In this document: one piece after another, positions 50,207 through 62,533 of the stretch
Layout: each line of letters starts with the position of its first letter
Numbering within the stretch: the first letter of the stretch is position 1
Assembly (NCBI GenBank): GCA_965649765.1
Contig: OZ287750.1
Location: 2,852,001-2,916,000 of the forward strand
Length of the DNA: 64,000 nucleotides
Direction of reading: 5' to 3'
From: Bispira polyomma
Lineage: Eukaryota
Notes under the pieces: model-generated
What the model saw: only the letters and a program-made list of their open reading frames with translations
What the model was told of the DNA's origin: nothing
Databases searched by the model: none
Program-made: the position numbers and the translations under genes

Positions 50207-51197
50207 CCGTATTCACAAAAGGTGTTAGTCTTAACTGAGTCTTTAGCTCGAAGTCTTTGATTTTGGCCGAAGAGGTTAAGATTATGGTCATCGTACTGGT
50301 GACAGTAACGACAGTAACAACAGATCTTTGCTTACCGTTAACTTTGTACCAAACAATAAGACTAACAGTGGGCAGTCTTACATATTATAGACATAAGCGT
50401 AAAGCCTGAAGGGGCAAATATACCTGGCCGATTTGGCGTCCGAATCTGTCATTTAACATCCGTTACTGTCATTAGTGGTCTCCGTGGCCTAATGGTTAGA
50501 GTGTCGGACTTTGGGTCTCAGGAATCTTAAGAGCCCAGGTTTGATCGCTGCAGGCTTGGAGATTGTACTCTTGGGTAAAGTGCTTTACACAAAGTTGTCC
50601 CTCTCTACCCAGGTGTATAAATTGGTACCTGCCTGCTAATGGGTGTTAGTCTGAAGCGACGTATGTAGCAGCTCGTCTAGTATGCTCCCTGAGGGAGCTC
50701 AGACTGTACAATGGTTGACAAGTTAATGAATCCAGGCTGGGGTAAGAATGTCATAAGCGTATTGGATAACAGTGATGTTGATAAAGTGCTGTATCAAATA
50801 AATATTTATTATTATTAATTATTATTATTATCCGATGTCCGAATTTGCAGATACACTACATCCGAAAAACTGGCCCACGTTTCTAGTGTTGATTGATTTT
50901 ACTAGTAGTTCGAATGTAAAACAAAAATTGAAAAAAATTCACAAACTTGATAAAATTACTTTTTTTGACCTTCTCGCCCGTCATTTGAAAATAATTGGTT
51001 TTGGGCCAAATTAGAACATTCAGCTTCTAATTCGGAGGTGAAGTTGGATAGGTGTATCCTACTTCTCTGTTTTCTTTGATTTTTATTTTTTTGGATGACG
51101 GAAACAGACTTTGGATGGTGAATTCGGAAGCAAAATCAGACAGGTGTATTCACCCCTTAAGAATATGTTACAACTAAAACCTTTTCTGAACAAAGCC
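50207..51197. mobile_element. Nested insertion: Harbinger MITE (50207-51197) > second MITE (~50410-51158) > SINE A (~50476-50830)
   Basis: The outer element is an inverted match to 12848-13096, split at ~50407/51160; the inner TIRs are 'aaggggcaaatatacctggccgattt' / 'aaatcagacaggtgtattcacccctt'; the SINE is complete with a (TTA)n tail. Confidence 0.75.
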
Positions 51198-54100
51198 TCT
51201 GTATAAGTAACAATTTTCACTTGTAATGAATATTACCTACTTTAACAAATGAGTTGGGATGGTGAAAATTAGCCAATTCCCAGTGAAACATTTGGGAATT
51301 TGTATTGATATTTACTGTAGTGGTGTAAACAGAGAATTTTAGTAAAACTGCTCAAATTTTGTTAATTAATGACTCTTTCTTGTTCTAGCTAAAATGTTTA
51401 CCTCTACTACCTCAGTAGCTATTTTCCTCCGGGAGGTATTTTTGTCAATTCCACTTTAAATGCTTTTTCATTATAATTTCCACTTCTTTTGTTTTGATTC
51501 AATTTAGTATGTTTATTTTTTTACCAAATATCTACTTTGATCAAAAATATCTAGCGAGGCAGTACAGTAAACACAGAATTTAAACTATCGAGTTGTCTGT
51601 CCATATAAACATCAACTTTGTATGGTCCTTCTGCACAATAATAAGTGATCAGGATTTGCCTGAATGGGCCAGTGTCATTCGAAAAGAACAGCCTCATTGC
51701 AAAAATCACTTTGAATATAAAGTGATTTACCATTTTTACAGTATTGACATTTTTCCACTAAAGTATTAGTTGACATATATGCCTGTATTTTCTACAATAA
51801 GGGCCCCCTCTCAAATGATAGCTCTGATGCCCTCACTTTTGTAATTATTTTTTTTTAGATCACCAATTACTACCAATATTTCAGAATATAATGACATATT
51901 GTGACATCTCTCCTTCAGGAGTGTTGAGAACGTTAAAATAGTGCCTTATACTACATAACTTGTGTATAATGCAAATCAGCATGTCAATTTTCTTTGTCCT
52001 ATATAGTTAAGTATCCAGAAACATTCTGTGGGTAGTTTACTGGGTTTGATACATGTTATTCTGCACGTTTAGCAATATGTTATGCCTCAACATATCAGCG
52101 TCATTGGTTTTATATCAAGCACAGCCTTGTTTTTACTCTGACAAGAGCACCACCATCTTAGAAATAACATGTAAGGCCTTTGTGGATTGGTTGGAAGCAA
52201 TCGACTCGTCCAAACTAAAGGGTGTCTGATTAATATTATCAGGCGATTATCAGGCACGGCCGTCCTGTTGGAAATAATATGTAAGGCCTTCATGGATTGG
52301 TTGGAAGCAATTGACCCTGCCAAACTGACAACTGTTGTTTATAATCCCCCGTCTTTTGGAACAAAAACTCCCTGGGAGTGTTTGTTACAGAAAGTACAGT
52401 ATATAATGTATATATATATATATATTCTTTTGATCTCAAATATACTGGTTTTTCATTTCCTTGATTAGGAGACTCCTATTCAGTAGGTATAGGACAATGA
52501 TAGAAAATGGTATTTGCACATAAAGTACATTTAATTAACCTCTCTCAAGATTTGTACAGCTGGATGTGTGGTGCAAAGACAAAGCAAAAAAGAATATGTA
52601 TATCTATATATCTGATAAAATCAATCAGTTGCTAGCTCGTGTATTATGGATCTGTAATAAGTTTCTTTCTAAGGTACTTACCAAATACATGTACTGTAAT
52701 TTCAATAATAAACGCCTGAAAGCTTTTAATTTGTTCCAAAAGGCTATTCGAGATTGGACCTTTATTCTAGAAAATATGGTATTTTAAGTAAGTTGATAAG
52801 ATAACATATATTTCTTATTTTGCATCTGCTCAAGAATATATTAAACAAGTTATTACTGAATTTTTCTTTTCCTGTCATAATCACACATATTGAAATGCCA
52901 TTTGATATTTAAATATTAAATTATGTTCATTTTAATCACATATTTGACCATACTGTTTTTTAAAAAAAGCTCTTATTATAAGTAAATTGACAACAGTTGT
53001 CTTTTAAAAAAGACACAAGCACACAGTGTGAGAAATATTAATCTGATACCCCTCAGTTTCAACCTATCCATGAAGGCCTTGCCTATCACCACAAAGGCCT
53101 TACCTATTTTTTCCAACATGGCCGCACCCTATTCAAAGTGAAAACAATATCAGGCTGTGCCTGATAAAAAATCACCAAATTTTTTTTCAATTTCTTTTCT
53201 TTTGGATATATACAGTACAATGATATGTGGACACCTTTTCTTTAAGCATGCATTTATTCCGTATAGTGACAGCTAAAAGGAGTGTTATGGTATATGTCTT
53301 GTGAATAATAAGACAGGGAGCCTTGTTCAATTAGTGGTGGTGGTTTGTCAGCTGGAGATAAACACAAGGAGGGATCCTCTTGCCTTGTGTGTCCTCACAC
53401 AAATGTTGACAATGTCAGAGATAGAAGAAAAGAACAGGACTTGATAAATTACATGTATAGTCCACAAGAAAGTCCCACAGATTTGGTGTGTGTGTGTGTA
53501 CATCTTAAGTTAAAATCAACTATATAGTGACAGCCTTTTGTGGCACATATTTTTTTTACAGGATATTGTTATAGAATATAATTAACAAGTTAGTTTAAAG
53601 TGTTGTTTTGAGATATTAGTGAATGGAGATAAGTTTCTGTTGTAATGGTGAATTAAATGTATTTCCATAATTTAAGTTAATGCACAGTCTGGATGTCAGT
53701 ATTATAGGTTCTGTTGGTAATGGTGTAAACCATTGTACAATGTGGAGGCACATACAGAGCTTGGCTATTGAGATTGAGGATTCCTGAAAGTACGCATAGT
53801 TTTGTGTGGATACAGAGATATTAAAGTTCATAATCCCTGGTAATCTGTAATAATAAGTTTTTTATCAGAAAACGAACAGGCAACTTTGGACGGTGTTTTC
53901 TTTAATATTACATATGAATATTATGTAAAGGTGTTAACGTCATATGAATGAAGCATGTGTGATAAGTATTATTCAGCAATATACATTTGATTGAAGATTA
54001 ATATGATACGTTTATGGATTTAAGTTCATAAAAATAAGAAAGGATTAACAAAAATTGTGTTCAACCTTTGGGATATATTATTGATGAATACAATTCGCTG

Positions 54101-55681
54101 AAGAATGTCTTTTTGTTTGGTAAGTACAGACATTTAAAGCCACATTAAAGCTATAGTTACAGTATTTAAGTGAACAATATTAAATATCCTGTAACTTTAA
54201 AACATATCATTTTATCTTCTATAACTCAAAATGTCAAAATGAAAACTACAAACATATATCAAAAGTTCATTGAACATTGTGTTTTTTTATTTACATAAAA
54301 TTGAAGTTTCTCAGGTCAAAAATTGTTGATAATCTTCAAATTAATAAACAATATACAATTGTTTATATAGTGTTTATAATTACAACTAATATGAAATACA
54401 AATTAACATATTTGGTCAAATGTTTACAGTCATGTGAAACACAGACACCAAAGTTTTTAAATTTTGTATTGGTAATGGTGTGTTATTTATGTACATAGTT
54501 GGAGTTTAACATAAGTTTGAGAGAGGGGAAGTGAGTTTAGAAAATCAAATATTCAGATGATATAAGTTTGGATAATAGAGGTTCCACTATATTTGGTGTC
54601 TGCACACAAGATATTTTACCACTATTTGCCAGCAAAACATTCTCGGAACACATAAACTTTCGGGTCACCCATTAGTTCTGTATCGCAATTAAATTCTCAC
54701 ATTTTTGTCTAAACACAAATAAATGTACCGAAAGAAGGTTCCATATTTTAATTTAAATCACAGTAGTAATATTGACACACTCCTTGTACCCTTATAGTCC
54801 TATTTATACAAAATCGATGCTTTGAATGTGTCGCAAATAAATCCCTGACTAAAAGTTGGAACGTTTTGAAATGTTTCAGAAATGTCCTGATAAGTGAGGA
54901 TTAGTAGCTCCACCACAATTATAAACTTTTCAAAAATATTGTCACGAATCTGCCATCCGTGGCAAGTGTAAAGGGGTTTGGTAAAAGTTGGTGTTATGAA
55001 TGTGGCAGTTTATGTCCTAAATGTTCCAGTATGTGGTAGAAGATGTGGGTTCATTTCCATAAGTCTGCAACATGAGGAAAAGTTACCATAAGTGTGTATT
55101 TAATCCATGTCAGCGACAGATTTATGACCATAAATGTGTATTTATTCCATGTCAGTGACAGATTAGTGACTATAAGTGTACACACATTCCAAGTTAGTGA
55201 CCATAAGTGTACAGACGTTCCATATTAGTGATGTTTCTGTGACGTGTTAGTGTCAGAAGGCAACACATACGTGACTTTTACAAATTTTTAACATCAAAGT
55301 GTCAAAGAAAGCAACTACATTTTGTAAATACAAAACAAACTACTACTCATGCTCCCTAACTGGAGTTGAATTAATTCCCCTTTTGATAAGAAATTAGTTA
55401 CCTGGGAGATTTGGCACCATAAAAGTCTGAATAGAACAAGTTCATTTGGGAATTATTTGCTTTTTGCAAGAAAAACAAGCTTGAAACAAAAAAGGAAAAA
55501 AACGAAATTTTACCTGACCAAAAAAAATCTAAAGTTTCTGCCGCTGTCTGATCTCATCTGCTGTACACCTGACGTATAGAAGTCACTATACTGTAAGTGT
55601 ATTGGGACAAAAAACAAATGGCCGATGTTGAGTCTTATTGAGTTATTTTTTACAACGTGATGATTTTTTTCTATTTTACAG

Positions 55682-55744
55682 GAGGATCTCTTGGCCACAG
55701 ATTCCTTGTTTGTGGAATACTTCAATGCGTTCCTGCAGTTGCCT
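55682..55744 (+). CDS. RGS22: RGS22 exon (EDLLATDSLFVEYFNAFLQLP)
   Basis: ttttacag| ... CCT|gtaagt; close match to human RGS22 'EDSLATDDFLVDYFNEFLSLP'. Confidence 0.93.
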
Positions 55745-56795
55745 GTAAGTAGAGAAAAATACATTCTTCTACAACTTAAAATAGAGAGACAGATACAACA
55801 TTGCTTAATAACTTCATTATGGCCTGTTTTCACCCACATGTAAAAGCTATCCGTATACAACATACCTCAAAATTTTTGCTCTTTTAATATGTATTGCTCA
55901 ATAGTGTTTCTATATACGTGTGCAAGTCATGCATATACTTGTACTCTCCCGAAGCGATTTTTGATGATATGGATGACTGAAGTGGAAATAAATAGTTACT
56001 TCTATGTAACTTAAGTTGGGTTATTTTGGTATCAACAATTGAGGCTTGAGACATTGCAGAAAATTATGAAAAAATTGTATAAATTAGACAAGAAATCAGA
56101 AAGTTATGCCTTAGACGCTATATGTTATAAAATAAAAGATCGAGTCAGTTCATTGACGAGTACAGATGACGTGTGTATGAAAACAGTACTTTAAACTGAA
56201 TTATATCCCATAGTTATTAGAATAACTGGTAATTGATGTCTTTCTTATCATGAATTTTGTGCAAATTTGAAAAAAAAACACAATTTTTTCAGTGATCTTT
56301 TGAAAATTTATAAAAATTGATTTTGTTGCAACAAATCATGTCATCGTCACTGTAAGTAGAACTCTGTTAAGTCAATGACTCTTTGAAGTGGAGAAAAATT
56401 TGTAGTTCAACAAAAACGTTCTCTTTTAAAAATGTACCCTGTTATTTGGAAATCCTGTTAAAGTAGAGGTATTTCTCCTGGTCCTCTGAGGTTCAACTTA
56501 AAGGGGTTTAAATGTATATGCTCCAAACAAGATAAACCAGTAATAACAATTATCAGATCGAAAGTACATTATATTGTAGCAAGGGATTATGGGAATAAAC
56601 TCAACTTAGCAGGTCAGATTAGCCTGAGTATTATTGATAGTGGCCATATCAATGTCAGTGTATTTCACACTGGGTGCCAGGGTTTTTTTTAAAGAATTTT
56701 TTTGGTTACTCTTTATTTCTGAAAGATCATATAGTTGCATTTTATGATTTCACTGATTTTCTAAATAGTTTTCCAACCTTTCCTTTTCATTGCAG

Positions 56796-57026
56796 ACCTT
56801 TCCAGAACCATTGTGTTTTAACAAAGAAAATGGTGGCTTTGAAGTGGTATCCAGTGCCAAGAAAGAATTGGCCAATGCGATTAAAGCTGCTATACGATCC
56901 GGGCAGCGTCGGAAAAAGATCTACCGCCCTGTACACAGCCACAGTTTTCGTAACATCCCCTTGATACCGATGGAAGACCAGATCGATAGCGGAGATAAAG
57001 AGATAGATACCAGCTTTGCTGTGCGG
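56796..57026 (+). CDS. RGS22: RGS22 exon (TFPEPLCFNKENGGFEVV...DTSFAVR)
   Basis: cattgcag| ... CGG|gtaagg; matches human 'TFSEAIRFNADYGVFEV'. Confidence 0.92.
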
Positions 57027-57244
57027 GTAAGGATAATTTGATTGGCTGAAAATATTGTTTCAAGGAATTTGATTGGCTGAGACTTAAAAACATCTAAGAA
57101 TGTCTGAATATGACTGCATGTCTAAAATATTCTTGAATTTTTTTCCAAATTAATTCTAAAATCGCCCAAAGCTTTCATAATCAAGCTTTCTACTGTACTG
57201 TCTTTCAATTCTTTGTTTTTGTCTTCCCCTTACTAACCCTGCAG

Positions 57245-57469
57245 ACCCTCAACAAGGAACAAGGGATCCAGTGGGTAAAGCGTGAGCGACTACCTCTCTT
57301 TCTGGAGTCCGACTTTTACCTGGAGTACCGACTGGCTAAGCTGGTGTCCCAGGTGCCAGGTATAGGAGAGCGCGGGGAGAGTGCGAATATCAAGCTTGAC
57401 TACACGCCTCACATACGTCAGTTAGAGGAGGAGGAGGAGGAAGAGGAACCTCCAGAAGATGAAACAGAG
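57245..57469 (+). CDS. RGS22: RGS22 exon (TLNKEQGIQWVKRERLPLFLESDFYLEYRLAKLVSQV...EDETE)
   Basis: ccctgcag| ... GAG|gtaaag; matches human 'LSREEGIKWIKKERLPAFLESDCYFEYRLAKLVSQV'; not in the ORF track because it has no start codon. Confidence 0.95.
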
Positions 57470-58384
57470 GTAAAGTACTGTAAAGTGGGTAATTAGTGCC
57501 TTCAGAGGTAAAAGTACCGTAAAGTGGGTAATTACTGCCCTGAAACAGAGGTAAAGTACCGTAAAGTGGGTAATTACTGCCCTGAAACAGAGGTAAAGTA
57601 CCGTAAAGTGGGTAATTACTGCCCTGAAACAGAGGTAAAAGTACTGTAAAGCGTGTAATTACTGCCCTGAAACGGAGCTAAAATTACTGTAAAGTGGCTA
57701 ATTACTGCCCTCAAACCGAAGTAAAAGTTCCGTAAAGATGGTAATTACTACCTTAACACAGAGGTCAATTAAAGTGGGTAATTACTGCCCTGAAACAGAG
57801 GTAACTACCGTAAAGTGTGTGATTAGTACCCTGAGAAGTAAAAGTACTGTAAAGTGGGTAATTAGTGCCCCGAAACAGAGGCAAAGCTACCGTAAAGTCT
57901 GGAATTACTGTCCTGAAACAGAGGGAAAGTACAGTAAATTGGGTAATTACTGCCTTTAAACTAGTAAAAGTACTGTAAAGTGGGTAATTACTGCCCTTAG
58001 TGGATGAAACAGAGGTAGAGTACTGTAAGGTGTGTAGTTACTGCCATGAAACAGAGGTAAAGTACTGTAAAGTGTGTAATTACTGCCCTGAAACAGAAGT
58101 AAAAGAACCGTAAAGTGTGTACTTACTGCCTTGAAACAGAGGTAAAAGTACCGTAAATTGGGTAATTACTGCCCTGAAACAGATGTGAAAGTACCGTAAA
58201 GTGTGTAATTACTGCCCTATAACAGAGGTAAAAGTACCGTAAATTGGGTAATTATTGCCCTGAAACAGAGGTAAAAGTACTGTAAATTGGATAATTATTA
58301 CCCTGAAACAGAGGTAAAAGTACCGTAAATTGGGTAATTATCGCCCTGAAACAGAGTACGGTAAATTAGGTAATTACTTCCCTA
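57461..58384 (+). repeat. Minisatellite, 41-42-bp unit x ~22, containing the RGS22 exon/intron junction
   Basis: Repeats of 'gaaacagag|gtaaa(a)gtac(c/t)gtaaagtgggtaattactgccct'. Confidence 0.96.
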
Positions 58385-58782
58385 GAAGGTTATTAAATGT
58401 GTGTAAAATCTGACTCATATATGGTAGATAGAGCAGGACTAAGACTGGATGAAACAGAGAGAACTACCCAAAAGTTTATAATTACTACTCAAACAGAGAG
58501 AACTACCACAAACTATAATAAGAGTTTGAAATTTTTTGTGAGAATATTGTCGCTGATCTCCAACCTCAGTAATAGACATTTAGAAATGAGCTTGCTATAG
58601 ATTAATCAGATTAATCTAGTGCTGTTGAAGTTTTTATAGTTTATTATACTTAATAGTAAAAATTTCCACTTTTCTAACATGTAATATATGTTACAATACC
58701 AGTTGCTGTTCTAATTTCGTATTTTATCACATTCACTCCAGTAATATGTGATTATTTGTCTACTTTCCCCACATATATACAG

Positions 58783-59668
58783 TTAATGATGCGCAACCTG
58801 TACGTGTGTATGGGCAAAGCCGGAACCACTGACACTGAGGCGTGGGTGTCCCAGGCTAAGATCGCCATGGAGACGGACACTACAGCCTCCACCTCCACAC
58901 GGCCCACCAGTGCTATGGCCCACAACATGACCAGGCCCATCAGCGCCCGGCCTGTCAGTGCTCGCAGCAATCCAGGTAGCAGTGGCTTACGGTTGGACAG
59001 CGGAATCTGGAGTGCAAGTAAGATGACATCGTCCTTATACGGCGGCAGTATGCTAGACGATGTGTCTCAGTATACCCAGTCCATGTTCGGTACTACAACC
59101 GCCAGTGAAGACCAAGATGACATTCCTTTAGGTGGAGACCTCTTCCATCCAAACCTAAAGCATCAACAGCATCATCAGCCAGCCATGCCTAGACCATCTG
59201 ACCAAGTATGTGCCGTCTCTGTTACAAGACCCACTGCACTCGTGTATACCAGGCCACATCCCCCTCCGCCACATGTCATCAAGCCTCATCGGGCGACTAC
59301 AACACCTCTAGAGGCTGAACAAGAAGATCAAGGGATCGGAGATGACTCGTCCATCTCCACGGAAACCAGCATTTCTTCCATGAAGGACATGCAAGAAGCC
59401 CCCAAAGTGCAGTTGTTGGTCTTCAAGGATATAGATCAATTCGCCGAAGTCATTGTTTGTTCGGCACTGAAGTCGGCCATTGCAGAAGTTACTGGGCAGA
59501 GTGTTGCAGAGGTGTCACAGAATTCACAACTCCTTCGACCGATGTTCGAGGAAAGTGAAAAGTTTGTTGGCTGGAATAAAGATCATGTGGAGTGTGTTAT
59601 TGGAGTTCCTACTAAAGCACCAGAACCTGATGATGTGATAGAGGTGGAAGTAGCGGAGTCAGTAGATG
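58783..59668 (+). CDS. RGS22: RGS22 large exon (886 nt)
   Basis: atacag|LMMRNLYVCMGKAGTTDTEAWVSQAK (human 'IMKKFYVSLGEASYTQTKDWFALAK') ... F..IDQF......L.SAI.EV.G..V; donor GATG|gtaagg (phase 1). Confidence 0.9.
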
Positions 59669-59869
59669 GTAAGGGTCATTTTTATTATTATGAAACTATT
59701 TATATAGCACCTCAATGATATTTAATCCTCTAAGGCGCTCATACTCCGTAAGGGATAGTCCTATAACATAGCCTAGATCATCATCAGTAGGCAATGGCGT
59801 GTTCACATCTTGCTCAGGGATGTATCTAATATACAAAAGAAATTAAAAACATATCATATGAGCCAGATA

Positions 59870-59995
59870 GCTCACTTAATTCCCTCCCTGTACACCCCCA
59901 CATCCTTCCTTATGACTGGCTATGTTTATTTGACTTCTCTATTGGGTAATTAATTCTATTGTTGCATTTTAGAAGATGCCTCACATCAATAAGAC
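59870..59995 (+). mobile_element. L2/CR1 LINE 3'-end fragment
   Basis: Reverse complement of the family at 3835, 14527 and 34745. Confidence 0.6.
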
Positions 59996-60657
59996 GGGTT
60001 AAAAATGCAAAATACAATAGACAAAATTATATACATGTACATGCACAAATACACTGAGAAGCTTTATATGTAGGAATGCTATGCAGTACACAGAAGTAAA
60101 CTGTTTGGAATAATCGTGGAATAGCTCTCCATTTTTGTAATTATCTGTATTCGTCATGAAACATTTCACCAATGTAGCCATTAAGTAGCAGTATTCAGTG
60201 GCATTAAGTAGCAATAAGTAGCTATACCTAGTAGTAGGTAGTGATAAAGTAGCCAGGTTTTTTTATATTTTAATCTGGTGGCAGATTCGTCATAAAAACG
60301 TCAGAAATGTACAATAAACTTAAGTATTCCTACTACTCAGTGGTTGTACGTTTCAAATTTGTTGTGAAACGTAACTAACTAAAGTTACTAGATGTTATTG
60401 AACATTTCTAGACATTACTGAACGACCCTTAACAAGACCAAACACTGAAAATGATGTCATAATATACATGTTTTCAATGCAATACTGAGTGCTACATTTA
60501 AACATAACTGCACAGACGTTAGGTTACGATTCACCGTGTAGGTGTGACCGGGCCATTAATAACAACAAATCTCTAATGTTTCCAGCCAGAATTTCACAAT
60601 GCTCAACATCATCATAATCACCATTTAATGTATAATATATTGTTCCACCATTTGTAG

Positions 60658-60773
60658 AAGGAAGTGCTCAGACCATCATTGGAGACAAGGAGAGTGATGA
60701 GGACTCGGTACTTAACAGTGATGAAGATTACGAGGATGAACGGGACGATTTTTTCAGGAAGACCAAAGGAAAG
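60658..60773 (+). CDS. RGS22: RGS22 exon (EGSAQTIIGDKESDEDSVLNSDEDYEDERDDFFRKTKGK); the gene continues beyond the window
   Basis: tttgtag| phase 1, purine-rich acidic open frame, donor AAG|gtgggt. Confidence 0.75.
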
Positions 60774-61817
60774 GTGGGTTTTCATACGCAAGGGTACGTC
60801 ATCCATACATGTCAATGAAGCAAGATGATTTATTATATAATATATACAGTTTTTAAGTGCATCATTTTTTCATATTTGTGGTGGGATATTTTTTAGAATT
60901 GTTACACCATTTTGTTTAGTATCTTAAGTCACAAATTTTGATACTAAATATTATAATAATGATAAAGAAAATAGGACAAAATATATTCAACAACTTCCGT
61001 TGGAGCGATATTTAAGGATACGCATGACGTACAGGGATATATAATGGGATCACCTATAATAAATATACAAGAAGTGAAAACTTTTGAGGACGTTTATGAT
61101 TGGCTTTTACAGACGTCTATGGAAGCAGACCTTTAGGCAATAATACATAATCAAATTCACTTTCGTAGAACTTGGTGTAATATTTTACTTTCATGCTTGT
61201 ACAGAAAATGTAGAGAATAGTGCATAGTGAGGATAAACTTGTTCTCAAAACTTATTTATCTCATTATAAAGAGATAGATATTGTGATAAAAAATTAAATT
61301 GTGGGGACACAATCATTTTGTGGGAACGAGCTAATTAAATTGTGGACACAATATCTTCTTGTTGCCACCAGATAAAGGGTGTGAAAATTGTTTGCTATGT
61401 CCTGAAAGGGGCTCAGTATTTTTCATAAGTGGGAATTATATTAAAACCATTACCTTTATAATGTGGACCAATGCTTGTTTTTATTCATTTGAAACAACAG
61501 CAAATAATTTGTAAAATTATCAAAAAAAAATGTGGCACAACATTTAAAATCATGAAATAAATGGTGATGAATGCAGTAGTACTGCATTCTACAGTCCTTG
61601 ATTATACTAAATATGATATGTAATAAGATATAAGCCGTCATAAACAGTCCCAACTCCAGATACTGGTATTGTAGTGGTCTATTTACACATTCTATAAATG
61701 CTGAATATAATAATAAGCACCAAAATCTCTTAAGTCACTGAGCAAATTAATATATATGTTCTGTATTTGGTTTATTTTCTCAGTGCAGATATACTGTACA
61801 TGTAGATATATATATTT

Positions 61818-62034
61818 AGAGTAAGGATCTAAAATTTGCCACTGTATCTGAAATTCGCCACCCTTAAAATTTAGGCAAAATCAATAAAAACTGGGTGACA
61901 ACTCACTGGTAAGTAGGGGCAAAATAGTCGCAAAAATCTAAATCTCAGCAAATATTACCCACAATTCCACAACACAACATTTTCTTGGTGGTGAATTTTT
62001 CAGATACAGTGGCGAATTTTAGATTCTTTACTCT
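61818..62034. mobile_element. MITE with ~40-bp TIRs
   Basis: 'agagtaaggatctaaaatttgccactgtatctgaaa' / 'tttcagatacagtggcgaatttttagattctttactct'. Confidence 0.75.
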
Positions 62035-62277
62035 TGAAAGTTGGTAAACACATAATTATATGTGTACTAAATGGGTTATTTTTATTTGACATGTGATCAA
62101 TACATCATATTCACTCACAAACAGACATGTACATGTATATATAGAAAATCACTTTTCCAAGTGAAAAGGTAGAAATGGAAATTACATCTACATAAAAAAA
62201 ATAAACTGATTTATTGGCAACAATTTCACTGTTCTGTCTTCTAAGTTGTGGTATAAAAAAAAAAGAGCCAATTAACT

Positions 62278-62533
62278 GCCATATTTCGCAAAAGGCCTCA
62301 TAAGTCGTAACTTAGTCTTAAGCCTAACATTGATGCCTAAAATATTTTAGACTGCCTATACTTTTAGTCTTGGTGTTGTAAGAGCAAAGTTATAAACACC
62401 AAAAGGAAGACCTTTGTTTATTACTGTCACTGGTACAAAAATCTTTACCCTTTTTAGTCAAAATCAAAGACCGCTATTTTAGGCTTAAGACGTAATTAAG
62501 ACTTAAAAATCTTTTTGTGTGAATATTGCCCCA
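62278..62533. mobile_element. Harbinger-type MITE (degenerate)
   Basis: Interior matches 12848 and 41092; ends 'ttgtgtgaatattgcccc'. Confidence 0.6.
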
